64,000 bases of DNA from Octopus vulgaris (lineage: Eukaryota), in assembly GCA_951406725.2 (NCBI GenBank), contig OX597822.1, positions 62,992,001-63,056,000 of the forward strand. Direction: 5' to 3'. This document shows positions 27,450-41,773 of this stretch, one piece after another. A program made the translations under genes and the position numbers. The first letter of the stretch is position 1; each line of letters starts with the position of its first letter. A model generated the notes under the pieces. The model saw only the letters and a list, made by a program, of their open reading frames with translations. It was not told the DNA's origin and made no database searches.

Positions 27450-28730
27450 TAATAGAAATATGTTACAAAAAGAAAACAGAAACTATACGTAGAAACGTGG
27501 AAATGGAAGGGGAAAGTAAGAAGAAAAATAATCGAAAATGCACATTGGAAATCAAAAAATGTAAAGGCTTTTTATGAAAAGTAACGATAGATATATACAA
27601 TTAGATGAACTGAGGTAGGAATAAAAGTAATAAAAGTCATTATTGTGAATTGTTAAAGAGATTCAAAAGCATACCGGTTTCCTGAATGTACTAACCGTTG
27701 CTTTGAATGCACACCGAATAATGAACGGTGTCAGGTCTGATATATATATATATATAAATATATATATACGAAGGTCTTCTTTCAGTTTCCGTCAACCGAA
27801 ACCACTCACAAAGCTTTCGTCGGTCCGGTGCTATAGTAGAAAACACTTGCTCAACGATCCGCTCAGTGAAGCTGAACCTGAAACCATAAAGTTGGGAAGG
27901 AAACTTCTTACCACACAGCCAACCATAGTGTTATCAATGTCATAATAGCGACGAAATAGAGAATTCAATACTTCTGTAGAGTAGTATGCATGGAAATTTC
28001 TTTGTGTATAAACATCAGCGTGCACGCGAACGCATTTAGTTAAAAATAGCTACTTGAAAAGGAATGCACCGATTTTTCTATAACTGATTTTCAATTTAGC
28101 TGCGATCTTCTTTTTATTCAACCAAATCATAAGAATTTAGCAATTTTTCTTTTTTTTTTTTCACTTACATAAATTTTACATATGTTTATAACATTGTGTT
28201 TATTCATATGAAGTTTTATCAGAAAAGTTGCATATATTTTTTGTTCCCATTAACTTCAGTTTCAATTCTTAGTTGCCCACTTTATAATGCAAAGCTTTTT
28301 AGAAAAAAACGCTAAGCTACAACGTTTTTAGAATATTATCTTCAGATGTGATTGTTTTTTTTTATTGCTATCTTTAAAAGAATAAACTTATTCTATTTAG
28401 CTTTATAATAAAGAATTTATCGTAAACTATGAAAACTACGGCATAGGTTTATCATATTTTACGATTTCTTTTTATTATATCATATTCCAATGTAACGATG
28501 TTCAGATTTTGTAACAATATATGTTTAAGAATTTGTGAAGTACTTAGCTTTCTAAAATATTAAAATGATGTACTCATTTCGCCTAGTAAATTTAGCAAAT
28601 TTACAGATTCCCTGGCTTTTTCCCCCTTGTAGCGAGATTCTAAATAACAAATTATCTTTCGAATCATTCCTGTTCCTTAAACTTTTTTCCACTCTCTCAA
28701 ATTGTATGTTAACGGCTGTCAAACTTAGAC

Positions 28731-30169
<1,439 letters not shown>

Positions 30170-30170
<1 letters not shown>

Positions 30171-30380
30171 CTAGAAACTTCCTGGCTTTGGGTTAAAAAA
30201 AATACAGGAGGACCAGTAAATTATGGCTTTATTTAACATATTCCTCTCTCAGACTCACACACTTATTGCAGCGGTCCTTCAATGTTTCTAAACTGTGTAA
30301 AAGAATTCAGAAGGTTGGGCCTTCAACTAGCCCTTACGCGACACCCTTAAAGCCAGGAACTCTTCAGCACCCATTCGTAT
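30170..30380. mobile_element. Mariner-derived MITE
   Basis: Inverted ends AACTTCCTGGCTTT / AAAGCCAGGAACTC...TCGTA; related to 45799-45995 in the opposite orientation. Confidence 0.6.
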
Positions 30381-30857
30381 AATCACAAACCCTCAGAAAC
30401 GCATATCTGTAATCTTTCATTTAAAAAATAATGCATTTTCAAAACATTATGAGGAAAAAAATTGTGAGGTAGGACAGCAAATTAGAGTTATACAGAAAAA
30501 TTTAATGCAGACGTGTCTAGACATGTGCGCGTGTGCGTGTATAAGTTTCTGTTTGCGAACAATGCCTCGATTTTCACATTTCAATTATATTTCATGTCGA
30601 AACGTTTTGTACATCTTATTCAAATTAATTAATTATCTATTTTTATACATTAATTACGTAATTATATTGTTAACGATGATTGTATTTTAAGTGTGGAAAC
30701 GGCAGTGGAACAAATGAAATTTTGAAATATCAGTATATGCATGTGTGTGTAACAAATATATATGTGTGTGTGTGTGCGAGTATGTGTACATTTACGCACA
30801 TACATACACATGTACATTTATATATATATACATGTTCATAAATTCATATTTGAATAT

Positions 30858-30919
<62 letters not shown>

Positions 30920-31044
30920 CAACAATTGAGGAACGGCTATAATAGGCCGTTCGACCCACTAGAAATAGCAGCCAGGGCTCCAACCGCAAATAGTAGTAAT
31001 TCCGAAATCAGAGGAAAAATTAAAAAAACATTTACCCTGTTCTT

Positions 31045-31155
31045 CTTTAGACAATGCATTGTTTCGGCGTTTTTTAATGGTAAACCAGCCTGATTAAATT
31101 AAATTAAACTTAATCAAGTCAATCTTCCAAAAGGCCAACGCGCTCATCAGTAAAG
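31045..31155 (-). ncRNA. Type I hammerhead ribozyme motif, canonical core
   Basis: Minus strand reads CTTTA-CTGATGA-GCGCGTT...AACGCC-GAAA-CAATGCATTG-TC-TAAAG: 5-bp helix I, long helix II, palindromic helix III, GUC site. Confidence 0.8.
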
Positions 31156-31248
31156 GAGCCAGAAGGGACAGAAATTACACGAGGCAGCTACCTTCATGCC
31201 TCGGTAACATCTGACCTAAAATTTTCAAAATCATCGTACTTGCTGCCG

Positions 31249-31554
31249 AAGGTTAAATTATAAATATAAATACAAACACACACACATTTACATACTTATA
31301 CATATACATAAATATACATAAATATACATATACATATACCTACACTTAAATGTACATACATATTTGCATGTATATGCATACACAAGAATCAATTATTATT
31401 ATTATTATTATTAGATGCATTATATTATTCATATTAGATTAAATATAAACAGAGATAAGAGAAAGTTATAAGAGGAGTTATATTGTAATTTATAAAATCA
31501 ATATATCTTAAAGTTATTTCAGTCATGTAAGAACGAAACTGAATATATATGAGG

Positions 31555-31592
<38 letters not shown>

Positions 31593-31790
31593 TGCATATA
31601 TATCTCCGCTCAAACATACTCATAGGTACATACGTATTATATGTGTTTAGAAGGGAGGATAAGTGCAGTAGTTTGTATCATTATAATTATATAATATTAT
31701 ATTATTATATAATTATAATGATACAAACTACTGCACTTATCCTCCCTTCTAAACACATATAATACGTATGTACCTATGAGTATGTTTGAG

Positions 31791-31837
<47 letters not shown>

Positions 31838-32035
31838 ATGTATTTGCCTGTGTGTATGTATGTGTGTATATATATGTTCCTCATGTATATGCAGTTTCAT
31901 TCTTACATATAAACTGAAGATAAATTGATTTTATAAATTACAATATTACTCTTGTTATAACTTTCTCATACCTCTGTTTATATTTTATCTAATATGAATA
32001 ATACAATGCATCTAATAATAATAATGATAATAATG

Positions 32036-32106
<71 letters not shown>

Positions 32107-32241
32107 TGATTCTTGTGTATGCATATACATGCAAATATGTATGTACATTTAAGTGTAGGTATATGTATTTATGTATATTTATGTATATGTATATGTATAT
32201 GTATAAGTATGTAAATGTATTTATATTTATAATTTAACCTT
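31249..32241. repeat. Foldback, ~450/540-bp arms, ~6-nt spacer
   Basis: AAGGTTAAATTATAAAT ... ATTTATAATTTAACCTT, centre at ~31700. The internal microsatellites differ in length between the arms. Confidence 0.95.
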
Positions 32242-32256
32242 ATGTACTTTCTAAAA

Positions 32257-32378
32257 TCTCTGACGAAGCCCAGATAAACACCCAAGTACCTCAATTTCAT
32301 CTACTAATTACTTCAGTCTACTGGTGGGATAAAGGTAGGATGAGGTATTTTTACCTCTTGGTTGAAACAGCTGTAAGA
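32257..32378 (+). ncRNA. Type I hammerhead ribozyme motif, canonical core
   Basis: TCT-CTGACGA-AGCC...GGTT-GAAA-CAGCTG-TA-AGA; helix II domain ~97 nt; GUA site. Confidence 0.75.
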
Positions 32379-32889
32379 CAATTTCGTTATTTATATTCTT
32401 TATGTTATATATTTTAATAAATACTGGTATCTTTATATTATATATGTAAAGCATAATATATTATACATGCATGTATATTGTTGTAATTGTCATTTTAGTA
32501 AATAAATAGACATAATATAATGTCTAAAAGTTGATGAATACCACCTATTGATCCCCTCCATTTTCTTATTGCTCTATATATATAGTGGAGAGGTGCTGCT
32601 AGGATTGGTTGCAATGCCTGGAAGGAAAAGACGATCCAGCACTCTGATTGTTGCACATAAAACTCAATCAGGAAAACGAAAGAGATATTGCTTCTGTGAG
32701 AGTGTTAGAGTGTGTGTGAGCACACTCGTGTATATGTTTATGTTTGTACTTGTTTTCAACTGTTGTTCCTTTGCCTTTCGAATATAAACTGTTAAATTAA
32801 GTGACAATATATTTCTCGAATGTTACATAAGTAATTTGCAGTTTCATTTTGATCAAAATATCTGCAACTCTTCTAATTGTTATACTTCA

Positions 32890-33800
32890 TTGTTTATCTT
32901 TTACTGGTTTCAGTCATTAGACTACGGCCATGCTGGAACACAGCCTTCAAGAATTTTAGTCGAGCGAATTTTTTTTTTTTTTGTAAGCCTGGTACTCATT
33001 CTATCGAACTCTTTTACCGAACCGCTAAGTTATGATGACATAAACACTCCAACACCGGTTGTCGATAGGTAGTGGGGGAACAAGCACAGACACAAAGACA
33101 CACACACACATATACTCTCTTTTACTCTTTTACTTGCTTCAGTCATTTGACTGCGTCCATGCTGGAGCACCGCCTTTAGTCGAGCAAATCGACCCCAGGA
33201 CTTATTCTTTGGAAGCCTAGTACTTATTCTATCGGTCTCTTTGGCCGAACTGCTTAGTTACGGAGACGTAAACACCACCATCGGTTGTCAAGTGATGTTG
33301 GGGGGACAAACACAGACACGCAAACATATACACACACATACATATATATATATACATATATACGACGGGCTTCTTTAAGTTTCCGTCTACTAAACCTACT
33401 CATAAGGCTTTGGTCGGCTCGAGACTATAGTAGAAGACACTTGCCCAAGGTGCCACGCAGTGGGACTGAACCCGGAACCATGTGGGTGGTAAGCAACCTA
33501 CTTACTACACAGCCATATATATATATATATATACGACGTGTTTCTTTCCATTTCTGTCTACCAAATTCACTCACAAAGCTTTGGTCGGCCCCAGGCAATG
33601 GTAGATGACACTTGCCCAAGGTGTCATGCAGTGGGACTGAACCTAGAACCATGTATTTGGGAAGCAAAGCGTGAACCCGAACGAATATGTATTGCTTTAT
33701 CATCTTTTACGTGTTACTTGCTTTAGCCATTAGACTGTGGCTATGCTGGAGCACCGCCTTGATGGTTATAGTCGAACTAATCGACCCCAGTATTCCTTGT
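32890..33800 (-). mobile_element. Cluster of SINE family A copies (full copy 33115-33515 plus partials)
   Basis: Reverse-complement matches to family A. Confidence 0.85.
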
Positions 33801-33824
33801 TATAGCCAAATACTTATTCTATAA

Positions 33825-34160
33825 AGCTGAGTGAACTGAAGCAAAGTGAAATAAAGTGTCTTGCTCAAGAACACAACACGTAGCCCGGTTTGAAATTCGA
33901 ACTCACAACCCCACGATCGTAATCTCGACGTTCTAACCACTGAGCCAGCTGTAGAAATGAGTTGCGACATCACAGGTGCCAAGCTGTATCGGCCCCTTTG
34001 CCTTTCCCTTGGATAGCACTGGTGGCGTGGAGAGGGGAGGCCGGTATGCACGGGCGACTGCTGGTCTTCCATAAACAACCTTGCCCGGACTTGTGTTTGG
34101 AAGGGTAACCTCCTAGGTGCAATCCCATGGTCAATCATGACCGAAGGGGTCTCCGCAAAA
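33825..34160. mobile_element. SINE with inverted 5' head, nested in a family A SINE
   Basis: Head on the minus strand (33825-33946), tail on the plus strand (33947-34160); TSD ACTTATTCTAT at 33812-22 and 34161-71. Confidence 0.85.
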
Positions 34161-34639
34161 ACTTATTCTATGGATATCTTTTAACGAACCGCTAAGCTAC
34201 GGTGATATAAACAAACCAGCACTGGCTGTCAAGCAGTTATGGGAGACAAATACTAACACTAACTCACAAACTCAAACTGCCAAATTCACTCACAACATTT
34301 TGGTCAGTCAGGAGTTTTATCAGAAGACATTTGTCAACTGGAACTGAACTTGAGAAGCAAACTTTTAACCATACCTCCACGCCTATATAACTCTGTGTGT
34401 GTGTGTGTGTGTCTTTTGTTTCTGGGTTTTTTTCTATCTTTCTTGTTATTTGCAAGAAACCGATTTTAGTCAGATCTGTAAAGGGATGGGTTCCACCATG
34501 TCTAAAAGTTCCCAAGACACTTTGTCCTTATGGCTCCATCGAGGAATTGAGGAGCACATGGTACTATAATCCTTTCTAGTGCGCAAGGTGCTATAATATC
34601 ATCATTATTTTATAATAAAAATATGTATAAAAGTATAAT

Positions 34640-34950
34640 TGTGGAGGCGCAATGGCCCAGTGGTTAGGGCAGCGGACTCGCGGTTGTAGGATCGCGGTTT
34701 CGATTCTCAGACCGGGCGTTGTGAGTGCTTATTGTGTGAAAACACCTAAAGCTCCACGAGGCTCCGGCAGTGGGGTGGCGATCCCTGCTGTACTCTTTCG
34801 CCACAACTTTCTCTCACTCTTTCTTCTGTTGGCCTGCTCGCTTAGCCAGCGGGGTGGCGCCATTTAAAGGTTAAAACAATGCAAAGCGCATTGTGACCAG
34901 CGATGTGTAGCAACATCTGATAGCCTGGTCGGTAACGGTGATCACGGTGG
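34640..34950 (+). mobile_element. tRNA-derived SINE family C with TSD
   Basis: Head GTGGAGGCGCAATGGCCCAGTGGTTAGGGC...GGTTTCGATTC; TSD TAAAAGTATAAT (34628-39, 34951-62). Relatives at 15260-15480(-), 27250-27367(-), 39323-39583(+), 42035-42270(+), 57380-57650(+) and 63760-64000(-). Confidence 0.88.
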
Positions 34951-35441
34951 TAAAAGTATAATAAAAGTATTAGATAACCTAACAGCTCGTGAATATGATG
35001 ATGACAGAGATCGAAAGTGAATCTTCACCCTACTTAAAGCAAATACGATATGATATGCTCAAAATTCTGTTCCCAATTATTCAAACACACAGATACACAA
35101 ACGCTCGCACTTGTATACAAACTTCCACTAACGTATACATACACACGCAAACACAATGATACGTTCGCGCATATATGCACCGTTGCATACAAACACACAT
35201 ACACAGATCACTCACTTTCTTTGGAACCGGTAATTTATTTAGTTATTTTTACCAAAGTGGTATCTTAAAAATATGAAACACACATTCGATAATTTACAAG
35301 TAGATACCCCTAAAATAATTAATAGGCTTTGTTATTTTTTTTAAATATTTATTAATATATTTTACTAAAATTATTCGGGCGTTATATCTGAAATCCTTTA
35401 AATTATTGAAATGAAATCTGTTAAATCGACAATTTATTATC

Positions 35442-35500
<59 letters not shown>

Positions 35501-35836
35501 TCACACACACACACGTTTTAATCTTTTAAAAGGGTTTAGACCACCTTTTAAAAGATTAACTCTTGTATGTAAAGAGTAATGATGGCCACTTAAAATTACG
35601 CAACATAAACATCTAACAATCACTTTTAAGTAGAACATTACCGACATCAGTCTTACCAGTCGCAGATGTCTTGCGATCTCGACTCTTCGTCTGGATTAGC
35701 ATTATTTATTATCTTAAGACCCAACAAGTAAAAAATATGTATAAGGATTAAAATAAAAATGAAAAGGCAAACCGTTTGGATCTTTTGAAAAAGTGAAAAA
35801 GACATTTCATTTAGAGAATACAGGTATATATGTATA

Positions 35837-35914
<78 letters not shown>

Positions 35915-36009
35915 TACATATATATATAATCAAATGATTATCCATCGTGTGTTATCATTATTCATTTTTATATAAAAGGAATTTACGACTTGTCGGACAC
36001 CCCCAAGAC

Positions 36010-36990
36010 CAGTGGTTCCCAAACCGTGCGTCGCAATGTAATTAGGTGCACCTCGAATAAGTAAGATTATATTTCAAAATATGAAAAATACAAACCCAAA
36101 TTCACAAGAAAGTTCATATATATAGATGTTTAAGCGGCAAAAATTAAAAACTAAGTTCTAAACTAAGAATGAGAGGTGGTTGGGTCATTCAATTCATTTA
36201 GGCTAATTATGGTATGACAGTGTTATCCAATTTTGAATTTGAAATTTCATAAAGATAAGAACTAAATTAGCATCACTCTATCTTCGAAATTGACGTCTTA
36301 TGGTCATATTCAATGCAAGGCTATGTTTCAGTTTATTTCGGTCGTAGTCTCAGCAGTTTTCATTTCAATAAGTGTGAAAAATAAACTATTAAACTAAAAT
36401 ATACGATATTGAACTAAATATTTTAATACGTCCTTACGTATTGCAGCTTCATTTCAATTTTTTTTTTCATTAATAAAGTGGCGAGAATTTTCATACTTTC
36501 AATTAATTTTAGAAGACTTCTCAGAAGAGTTCGATAATATGTAAGACGCTGCCACTTTTCACTGCTCACTGGTCACTTTTCCATGTTTGACTCTGTTAGT
36601 AATCTGTGCTCTTTGTGCGATACAATTCATATTAACAGACTAAATTACCCATAAATTGGAAAAGTTTATCAAGAGGTAAGCATAACCGAGACGATTATGA
36701 ATCTAAAAGTGAGTGTTCGTCAAAAGCAACTAAGCGTAGTGATAATAATGCGAAAAGTCGACCCAATCGTAAATATTGCAATAGCTATTTAAAGTTTGGG
36801 TTGCATTGGACTGGCAAAAAGGATCAACCTCTTCCGCTGTGTGTTGTTTGTGGTGAAAAGTTGTCTAACGAAGGCATGTAGCCTAGCAAACTGAAAATAC
36901 ATTTTACAACTAAGCACTCACATCTTCAATGTAAAGATCTGAATTATTTCCAAAGACTGCTAGAACAGCAATCTAAACAAAGAATGTATA
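36010..36990 (+). mobile_element. Truncated hAT (Charlie/Buster-like) transposon, 5' part
   Basis: Begins with the TIR-like CAGTGGTTCCCAAA. Encodes RKYCNSYLKFG...[27 protein letters not shown] (BED-type zinc finger) with a stop. Confidence 0.8.
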
Positions 36991-38483
36991 ACATCATCGA
37001 TGAGCAGTACTTGACTTGTGCTTTATTTTATTGACTTCGAGAGGGTGAAATGCAAGATTGACCTCGGCGAGTATTTGAACAGAGGAACTAAGATGATGAT
37101 ACAATGAAAAAAGAATGTAATCCGCAAAATATTATGGTATAATCACATTTAAAGCTATAATTGATAGACCTGCCTCACCAGAAAAATAACTAAACCTCAT
37201 AACCCACTTTTATATCCATAATCAGAAATCTCACCGAATCTTAAACCAGAACGTAATTTATTCTAGTTCACATTACTACGGTTTCTCTTCTACACCCCAC
37301 TCAAACAATATTCAGTCCTTGATGTCATATCCTATATCAACTACCTATTCGATAACTACTTTTCGCTCTTATCTTCCCATTTTCTTCATTCTCTTTTCAT
37401 ATATTTTCCGACATCACCTCCTCTAACCCTTCTCTTCCCACTTCCTTCCTTTCTTTCTTATTTCTTAAACGATTTCACTCGCCCACAACAAAATGCCTCG
37501 TATCATATCATTCTTTTGTTGTTTTTGTTACCTGTTTATTTTTCTAAGCTATATCACTAACGACTTACCAAATATTTTGCAACAGCATGAATGCTCTAGG
37601 TAGCATCACTGTGGACAGACGTGCCAAATGGCAAATCTCATAATCGCGTTAATGATGTTTCAGATTTGATTAGAATCTTTTAAATATTTACATATATATA
37701 CATTCATTCGAAGTTGATAGCTCTCTGCATTGCTTCCAGAAGTTTCTTACCACTTGCAATTCTTTAGACGACAGACGATGAGTGTGTGTACATAATTAAG
37801 CACGTGACTCGCATATAATTAATGTATAAATGATAGAAATAGAAATCACTACCAAGTTTATAGAATCCTCCTTGTTTCCACATTTCAACCGCAATAGTTC
37901 TCCAGACAATAAAGCCCACACACATCACACAGAAAGAAAGTTTCTGCATCTACTTCTAGCTTCGCATCAAATTCTTTATTACACATCCTGGTTAAATTTA
38001 CAAAACTTCTCTCTTTATTCTACCAGGCTCGCCACAATATATCAACATACACGCCAAACACGAAAACACATTCGGTCGTTTCATACCAACTGTGGTAATG
38101 TCATTGAAATAGTCTCTTCGATTACCCTTAAACAATGAGATCTTGACAAATTCCTCAAAATTTCTTCCACTTTTTCTTTTTATGTATCTATCTTTCTTTC
38201 TTTTTATCTATCTATCTTTCTTTCTTTTTAAGTCACTTTTCCGGAGAGATGAGAATCAGCTCCAATCAAAGGAAATATGCAACTGTGTCCTCTTCGCAAG
38301 AGAACGGAAAAGTAGCTCGCCTATTTCCAATTTCTCAAATATGCCGGGAATAATCATTCGCAACTATCTTCTCTGTCACTTTGGATCTCATTCTTTCCCC
38401 TGTGACCATCACAAACGATTCTGCATTACAGAAATTTATAGAACCCTAAGGGCAATAATGTAATATTAGGGCATATAAGGAAA

Positions 38484-38614
38484 AAAATTAGGGTTTGCCG
38501 ATCGAAGGAAAAATAGTAGGGTTTGCCGATCGAAGGAAAAAAAGTAGGGTTTGCCGATCGAAGGAAAAAAAAAAGTAGGGTTTGCCGATCGAAGGTGAAA
38601 AAAGTAGGGTTTGC
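38484..38614. repeat. Minisatellite, ~28-32-bp unit, about 4.5 copies
   Basis: (A)nGTAGGGTTTGCCGATCGAAGG repeated. Confidence 0.92.
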
Positions 38615-39155
38615 TGTTCGAAACCAAACCTCTGTGTATTATACATAAAGTGCAGGCGTGGCTGCGTAGTAAGAAGTTTACTGCCCAGCCACATGGTTCC
38701 AGGTCCAGTCAGTCCCACAGCGTGGCACCTTATAGTCTCGAACCGACTAAAGCCTTGTAAATGGCTTTGGTAGACGGAAACTGAAAGAAGCACGTCATAT
38801 ATGCGTGTGCATGTGTGTGTCTGCATGTGTGTGTCTGCATGTGTGTTTCTGCATGTGTGTGTCTGCATGTGTGTGTGTGCGTGTGTGTGTGTGCATTATG
38901 TGTACATGTATGAGCGTGTATGCGTGGTGATTCAAAACAAGAAAATAGAATATAGAATATGATTTTATATATATATATATATATATATTAATAGGATTAC
39001 TATTAATAATCGACAGAAGTGGCAGAGTGTCTCAAGAGCCAAGGGTTTCGTGCATTTCATAAGTACCAATGCACGAAACTCTTTGACTTTGAGTCACTCT
39101 GCAACAGCTGTCAATTATTATTAATAATGTATATACACAGATACACACACACGCA

Positions 39156-39227
<72 letters not shown>

Positions 39228-39660
39228 GTTGCCCCAGGTGTCACACCTTTTCCAGATGGATACGGACACATATCATGTGTCGGTATATATATATATATAT
39301 ATATGTGTGTCTATATATAAATATGGAGGCGCAGCGGACTCGCAGTCGCAGGATCGCGGTTTCGATTCCCAGACCCGGCGTTGTGAGTGTTTATTGAGCG
39401 AAAACACCCAAAAAAGCTCCACGAGGCTCCGGCAGGGGGTGGTGATCCCTGCTGTACTCTTTCACCACTCTTTCTCCCACTCTTTCTTCTGTTGGCGTCA
39501 TTCGAAGGCTAAAACAATGCGAACGCATTGTGACCAGCGATGTGTAACAACATCTGATGGTCTGGTTGGTCACGTGATCACGTGATATATAAATATACAC
39601 ACATAGGTACATATATATATACGCATACATACACACACTCGCACACACACGTATATATAT

Positions 39661-39739
<79 letters not shown>

Positions 39740-39750
<11 letters not shown>

Positions 39751-39759
39751 AAAGGATTA

Positions 39760-39794
<35 letters not shown>

Positions 39795-40067
39795 TACGTA
39801 TGCATTTCTACAGTTTTCAACCGATTTTCACCAAACTTTACACGCACATTACTTATGTGGCAAGGATGGTCATGGACTATAACAGTTTACCCAGACCTCC
39901 CGCGTAGTGCGAGAAACCGTCCAGATTTTTTACATGACTTTTTTCTGTAAGAACTGCAATTTTCAAACGTTTCTCTCTTTTTCTCTTTCTATTTATCTCT
40001 TCTCTTCCTCACACACTCTGCAATACTTTCTCTCTTTAAGTCTATGTCTGTTTCTTTCACTCACTCG

Positions 40068-40127
<60 letters not shown>

Positions 40128-41266
40128 GTCGTGCGTAAACATCTTTGTCTTCACATTATTTGTATGTTCTCCCAACAACATTACTTATTTTAAATGTTTT
40201 TGCACTCCGTCTATTTAAGTACACTATTTACATTTCTCCCTCTATCGAAAACCGTTGTGATACAGCCAATAAGCCCTCATTACTTACCAATGAGAATTTA
40301 ACCACGCCATTGAGTGTTCATGCGTTAGAAAAAGATATTCTAAAGTGGCTCAAGTTTTTTTCACTCAGCCTATTTTATACACTGAAATGGGGTTTGTAAT
40401 TTCTGTCTACAGATTGATTTCCTGGTGAGATATAATATTGTTTCATTTTATGTGTGTGTGTTTGCGCGTTCGATACGTACGAGATAGCAAAGGACATTGT
40501 ATACCACGACGACGACGACGACACATATATGAGTGTGTATGTGTCTCTGAGAGTATGTGTGTGGGAGTATGAGTGTGTATGTCTCTCTGACTGTGTGTGT
40601 GTCTTTCTTCGTTAGGTACGTTATTAAACAAATACACAGCTCTACATATACATATATACATGTGACGACTGACATGCGTGAATGTATGTCTGTATATATC
40701 TCTCTTATTATATGTATGTGACTGTATGTGAGAATGTATGTGTGCGTATCGTCACATTTTGTATATGAATGTGTATGTGTCTGTGAGTGTGTGTGTGTTT
40801 GTGCGCCCGCGAGAGTCTCAAGACATAAGGGACATGAGACTTTCTCAACATGAGCAGTGGGATGCTGCAGCACGTCGGATGCCGTCTCAATACAGTAGGG
40901 ACATGACACTTTCCAAAGATCATCAAGCGCATGCTACAGTACGTCAAATTCAGTCTCAAGAGAGAAGGGAGATAAGACTTTCCCAAGATCAGCAAAGACA
41001 TGTTGCAGCACTTAATGCTGAATCATTAAAACAACGTTTAGCACCCAAGATTACACAGAGGTCCAATAAAATAGTTCTCAGAAACAGAGCACGTACAAAT
41101 TCGTTCTTCACAACGCCTGGAGCTGCTTTCAGGTATGATCAATCCCATTCTTATAAAAATGGTGTGCTAAACTCAAATCGTCGTTCATGCAAAATTTTAA
41201 AATTTACTCCACAAGTGTTTTATCGTCAACGCTTGCACTTTCTTGTATCACCTGTTTCAACATAAC

Positions 41267-41305
<39 letters not shown>

Positions 41306-41773
41306 AATTTTGTGCGTAATGAGATAAAAAAAACAAGGCTGTGTAGATATTAGAACATTTATAGATATTAGATCTTACAGCTGTTTCCAGGATATTTATT
41401 GATTATATCCCTTCATCGGAGACGGTGTAAGAGGATAGTTAAGTAATAGCTAATAGGATACAAAATAGAGAGTGAGGTGGAGGAAAGAAAATAGATGTGA
41501 GATATGTAGGGATGTTGAAGGTTTAAATCCATTTTTTAGGCAGAATGGTATATATGTAAGATTCCAATATCTTATGAGTAAAATCCAACAGAATTTAAAA
41601 TGGGTCATTCTAAATATAGAGTTTATACACAATGTAAGATTCCAATACGTTATAAGTGAGATCCAGCAGTATTTAAACTTGGTCATTCCAAGTACAGAAT
41701 TTATACACAGTGTTGTAGAGTCAATACAAACTATGCCGTTTTAATCTCTAGCAACGCCGGGTATGTCTGCTAG
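39740..41773 (+). mobile_element. Deleted Helitron retaining an N-terminal RepHel-like fragment (about 40810-41160)
   Basis: The 3' end GCAACGCCGGGTATGTCTGCTAG resembles the 53433 terminus. Charged repeats ESQ..R..RLSQ.Q and AAFRYD are typical of Helitron N-termini. The 5' boundary is obscured by (TA)n. Confidence 0.7.
41372..41423 (-). ncRNA. Type I hammerhead ribozyme motif (C4 variant)
   Basis: Minus strand reads GTCT-CCGATGA-AGGGATAT...ATATCCTG-GAAA-CAGCTG-TA-AGAT. Confidence 0.65.

Noticed and set aside
34641-34715. tRNA-like sequences
   Set aside because: They are SINE heads continuing into SINE bodies with TSDs; no complete cloverleaf is supported.
35516-35700. 16-bp-arm hairpin plus minus-strand CAGACGA core-like word in a TA-bounded unit
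   Set aside because: No GAAA, helix III or NUH in the required position; too degenerate to call a ribozyme.
38484-38614. CRISPR-like or telomeric array
   Set aside because: The spacers are only A-runs, there are no cas genes, the context is eukaryotic, and it is not a (TTAGGG)n array.
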